Positions 62,270 through 64,000 of a DNA stretch of 64,000 bases are shown here, one piece after another; the first letter of the stretch is position 1, and every line of letters starts with the position of its first letter. The stretch is from the human T2T-CHM13v2.0 reference genome, Homo sapiens. Position numbers and translations under genes: made by a program. The notes beneath the pieces are model-generated. The model saw only the letters and a list, made by a program, of their open reading frames with translations. It did no database searches and was not told the DNA's origin. The DNA lies in assembly GCF_009914755.1 (NCBI RefSeq), contig NC_060927.1; one strand, written 5' to 3'.

Positions 62270-62490
62270 TAGATGATTGCTTCTGGACAGTCAGAGATTT
62301 GGCCCCCAAGAGACATGTGGCAATGTTTGGGGACAATTTTTATTGTAATCACTTGAGGGCTGGAGTACTGGTATCTAGTGGTAGAGGCCAAGGATGTTGT
62401 TAAACATCCTATGAGGAACAGGGCAGCACCGCACAGTAAAAAATCACCAAGCTCAAGAAATGTCAGTAGGGCCAAGATTGAGAAATCCTG
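62270..62490. mobile_element. MER20 (hAT-Charlie) DNA transposon
   Basis: GGCAATGTTTGGGGACAATTTT..TACTGGTATCTAGTGGTAGAGGCCAAGGATGTTGTTAAACATCCTA..AATGTCAGTAGGGCCAAGATTGAGAAATCCTG. Length is about 220 bp. Confidence 0.88.
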
Positions 62491-64000
62491 AGTCCTAAAC
62501 TATCCCTGGGGACATTATCAGCATGGACAATAGGACTGGGCTGTGCATTCTTCCTTTTAGGCAAATGTCATTGGTTTTATTGGCTTTATTTTTCCTCCGT
62601 CTTAAACACCCCCAACCCCCCCTCATTGTGCTTATTAGTGTTTTAATTAGAAGTGAGTGTTAGCTTTTTCTTTCAAAACAGAAATATCTTGGTGATGACA
62701 GTAACTGACAAAACATCTGTTAAATTTTTCACAAAAAAATTTCCTTATTTCTCAATGTTCTTGGAATGCTGTTGATGTTTGCTGAAGTAAATTTCCAGAC
62801 TCCATTCATTTATCAAAATTTGGGTATTCTATAATACAATCAAACATTTATCTAGTATCGTAATTTGCAATCCCTTTAGATGTAATCTTCAGTCATCAAG
62901 AGCAAGTTCTAGGCTGCTATGAAATTAAGTTCGCTTCTTCAAATTGTTTGAGCACGATTGTCGTTTAGTAAAATAAACATAGCTCTATTATTTCTTAATG
63001 TCTTTCTTAACAAGTATAAGATTAGACTGCTTCTCACAAACTCCCATTGGGCAGCATTTAAGAAGTGAGTAATATTTCTGTCTGTTTAAGTCAAGTAATC
63101 CCAAATGGAAGTAATTTATGGGAAGGCATCGGGGAGAGTTACAATAGACATATTGCAATATGCCACTGGAAATCAACATCTCCCCACATGTTTGATCAAG
63201 AGCCAGATGGAAGCTTTTATCATATTTATTTAATCTGAAATACACATGGTAATTACACTGGACCTTTGATTCAAGTCCTTATTAATGTCTCCAGAGAAGT
63301 CAGGAAATGAGTTTGTCAGTTGCAAACTGATTTAGTCATGACCCTCTGGGTAGAATTTACATCTATCACTGCCTAGATTAGAGTAGAGCTACAAGTCACT
63401 TTGTGCCTCAAGAAAGTGAAGTAAAGTAAAAGCTTAGTTAACGTGTGTAAGAGGAGTAAGAAGCTCCTGCTCTGTCCAAAATATTGTTTGTACTATTTTT
63501 CATTCATGCTGCTCCAGAATGGCTCCCTCCTATGAGTGGTGTGTGAGTAAAGTAGAATATAAAGTTTATGGCCACTATCTCACAAAGTAAAATTAACCAA
63601 AACACCAACAAAGGCACATTGAAGTGAAATACTCTCACATTTCGAGTCCCAAATCTGGGGTCTTAGACAACTTCTACAATTAAACTTAGCAGATGTTAGT
63701 ATACATGGAGTTTTCTTTGGATTAGTGATAGGAAGAGGAAGATATCGCAAAGATCACCTTTCAAAATGTTACATTTAGGAAAATGTGAGTTAGCAAAACT
63801 TTAATGTTGAATGTTTACATTCTAACTTTTCAACTATGATGTTTTTACATAATAAGAAAACATGTATCAAAGATGACCAGTATTAATATGTATAAAAAAC
63901 ATTAAAATAATATACCTGTTAAGGTAGATGGAGCTTATTTATCTTTGGAGGATGGGTGTAATGGAAGACATCAACTAAATGTTATTTTTTTAACATTCAA

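Overview
This is primate, very likely human or great-ape, AT-rich genomic DNA. I could not support any intact cellular protein-coding gene, tRNA, rRNA or CRISPR array. The main feature is a full-length processed pseudogene of THAP12 (PRKRIR) at about 28256-31890 (+). It carries frameshifts, nonsense codons and an AluY insertion, yet its 5' end has kept a dense CpG island. The rest is transposon-derived or unique non-coding sequence. The larger elements are a full-length disabled L1PA4/5 (54914-61052), a twin-primed 5'-inverted L1PA2 (33681-36830), a second much older 5'-inverted L1MA (37473-37968) and a near-complete Tigger1 (8340-10922). There are also MER47A, MER20, MaLR/ERV solo LTRs, about a dozen Alus and L2/MIR relics. 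All long ORFs in the supplied track map to these elements. Repeat family names come from recalled consensus sequences, not from a database search. I found no convincing novel multi-gene system. The most notable unexplained signals are the retained CpG island on the retrocopy, a fold-back palindrome around a (TA)n tract, a spaced 204-bp duplication of apparently unique DNA, a duplicated AP-1 site and repeated reuse of one L1-endonuclease target.
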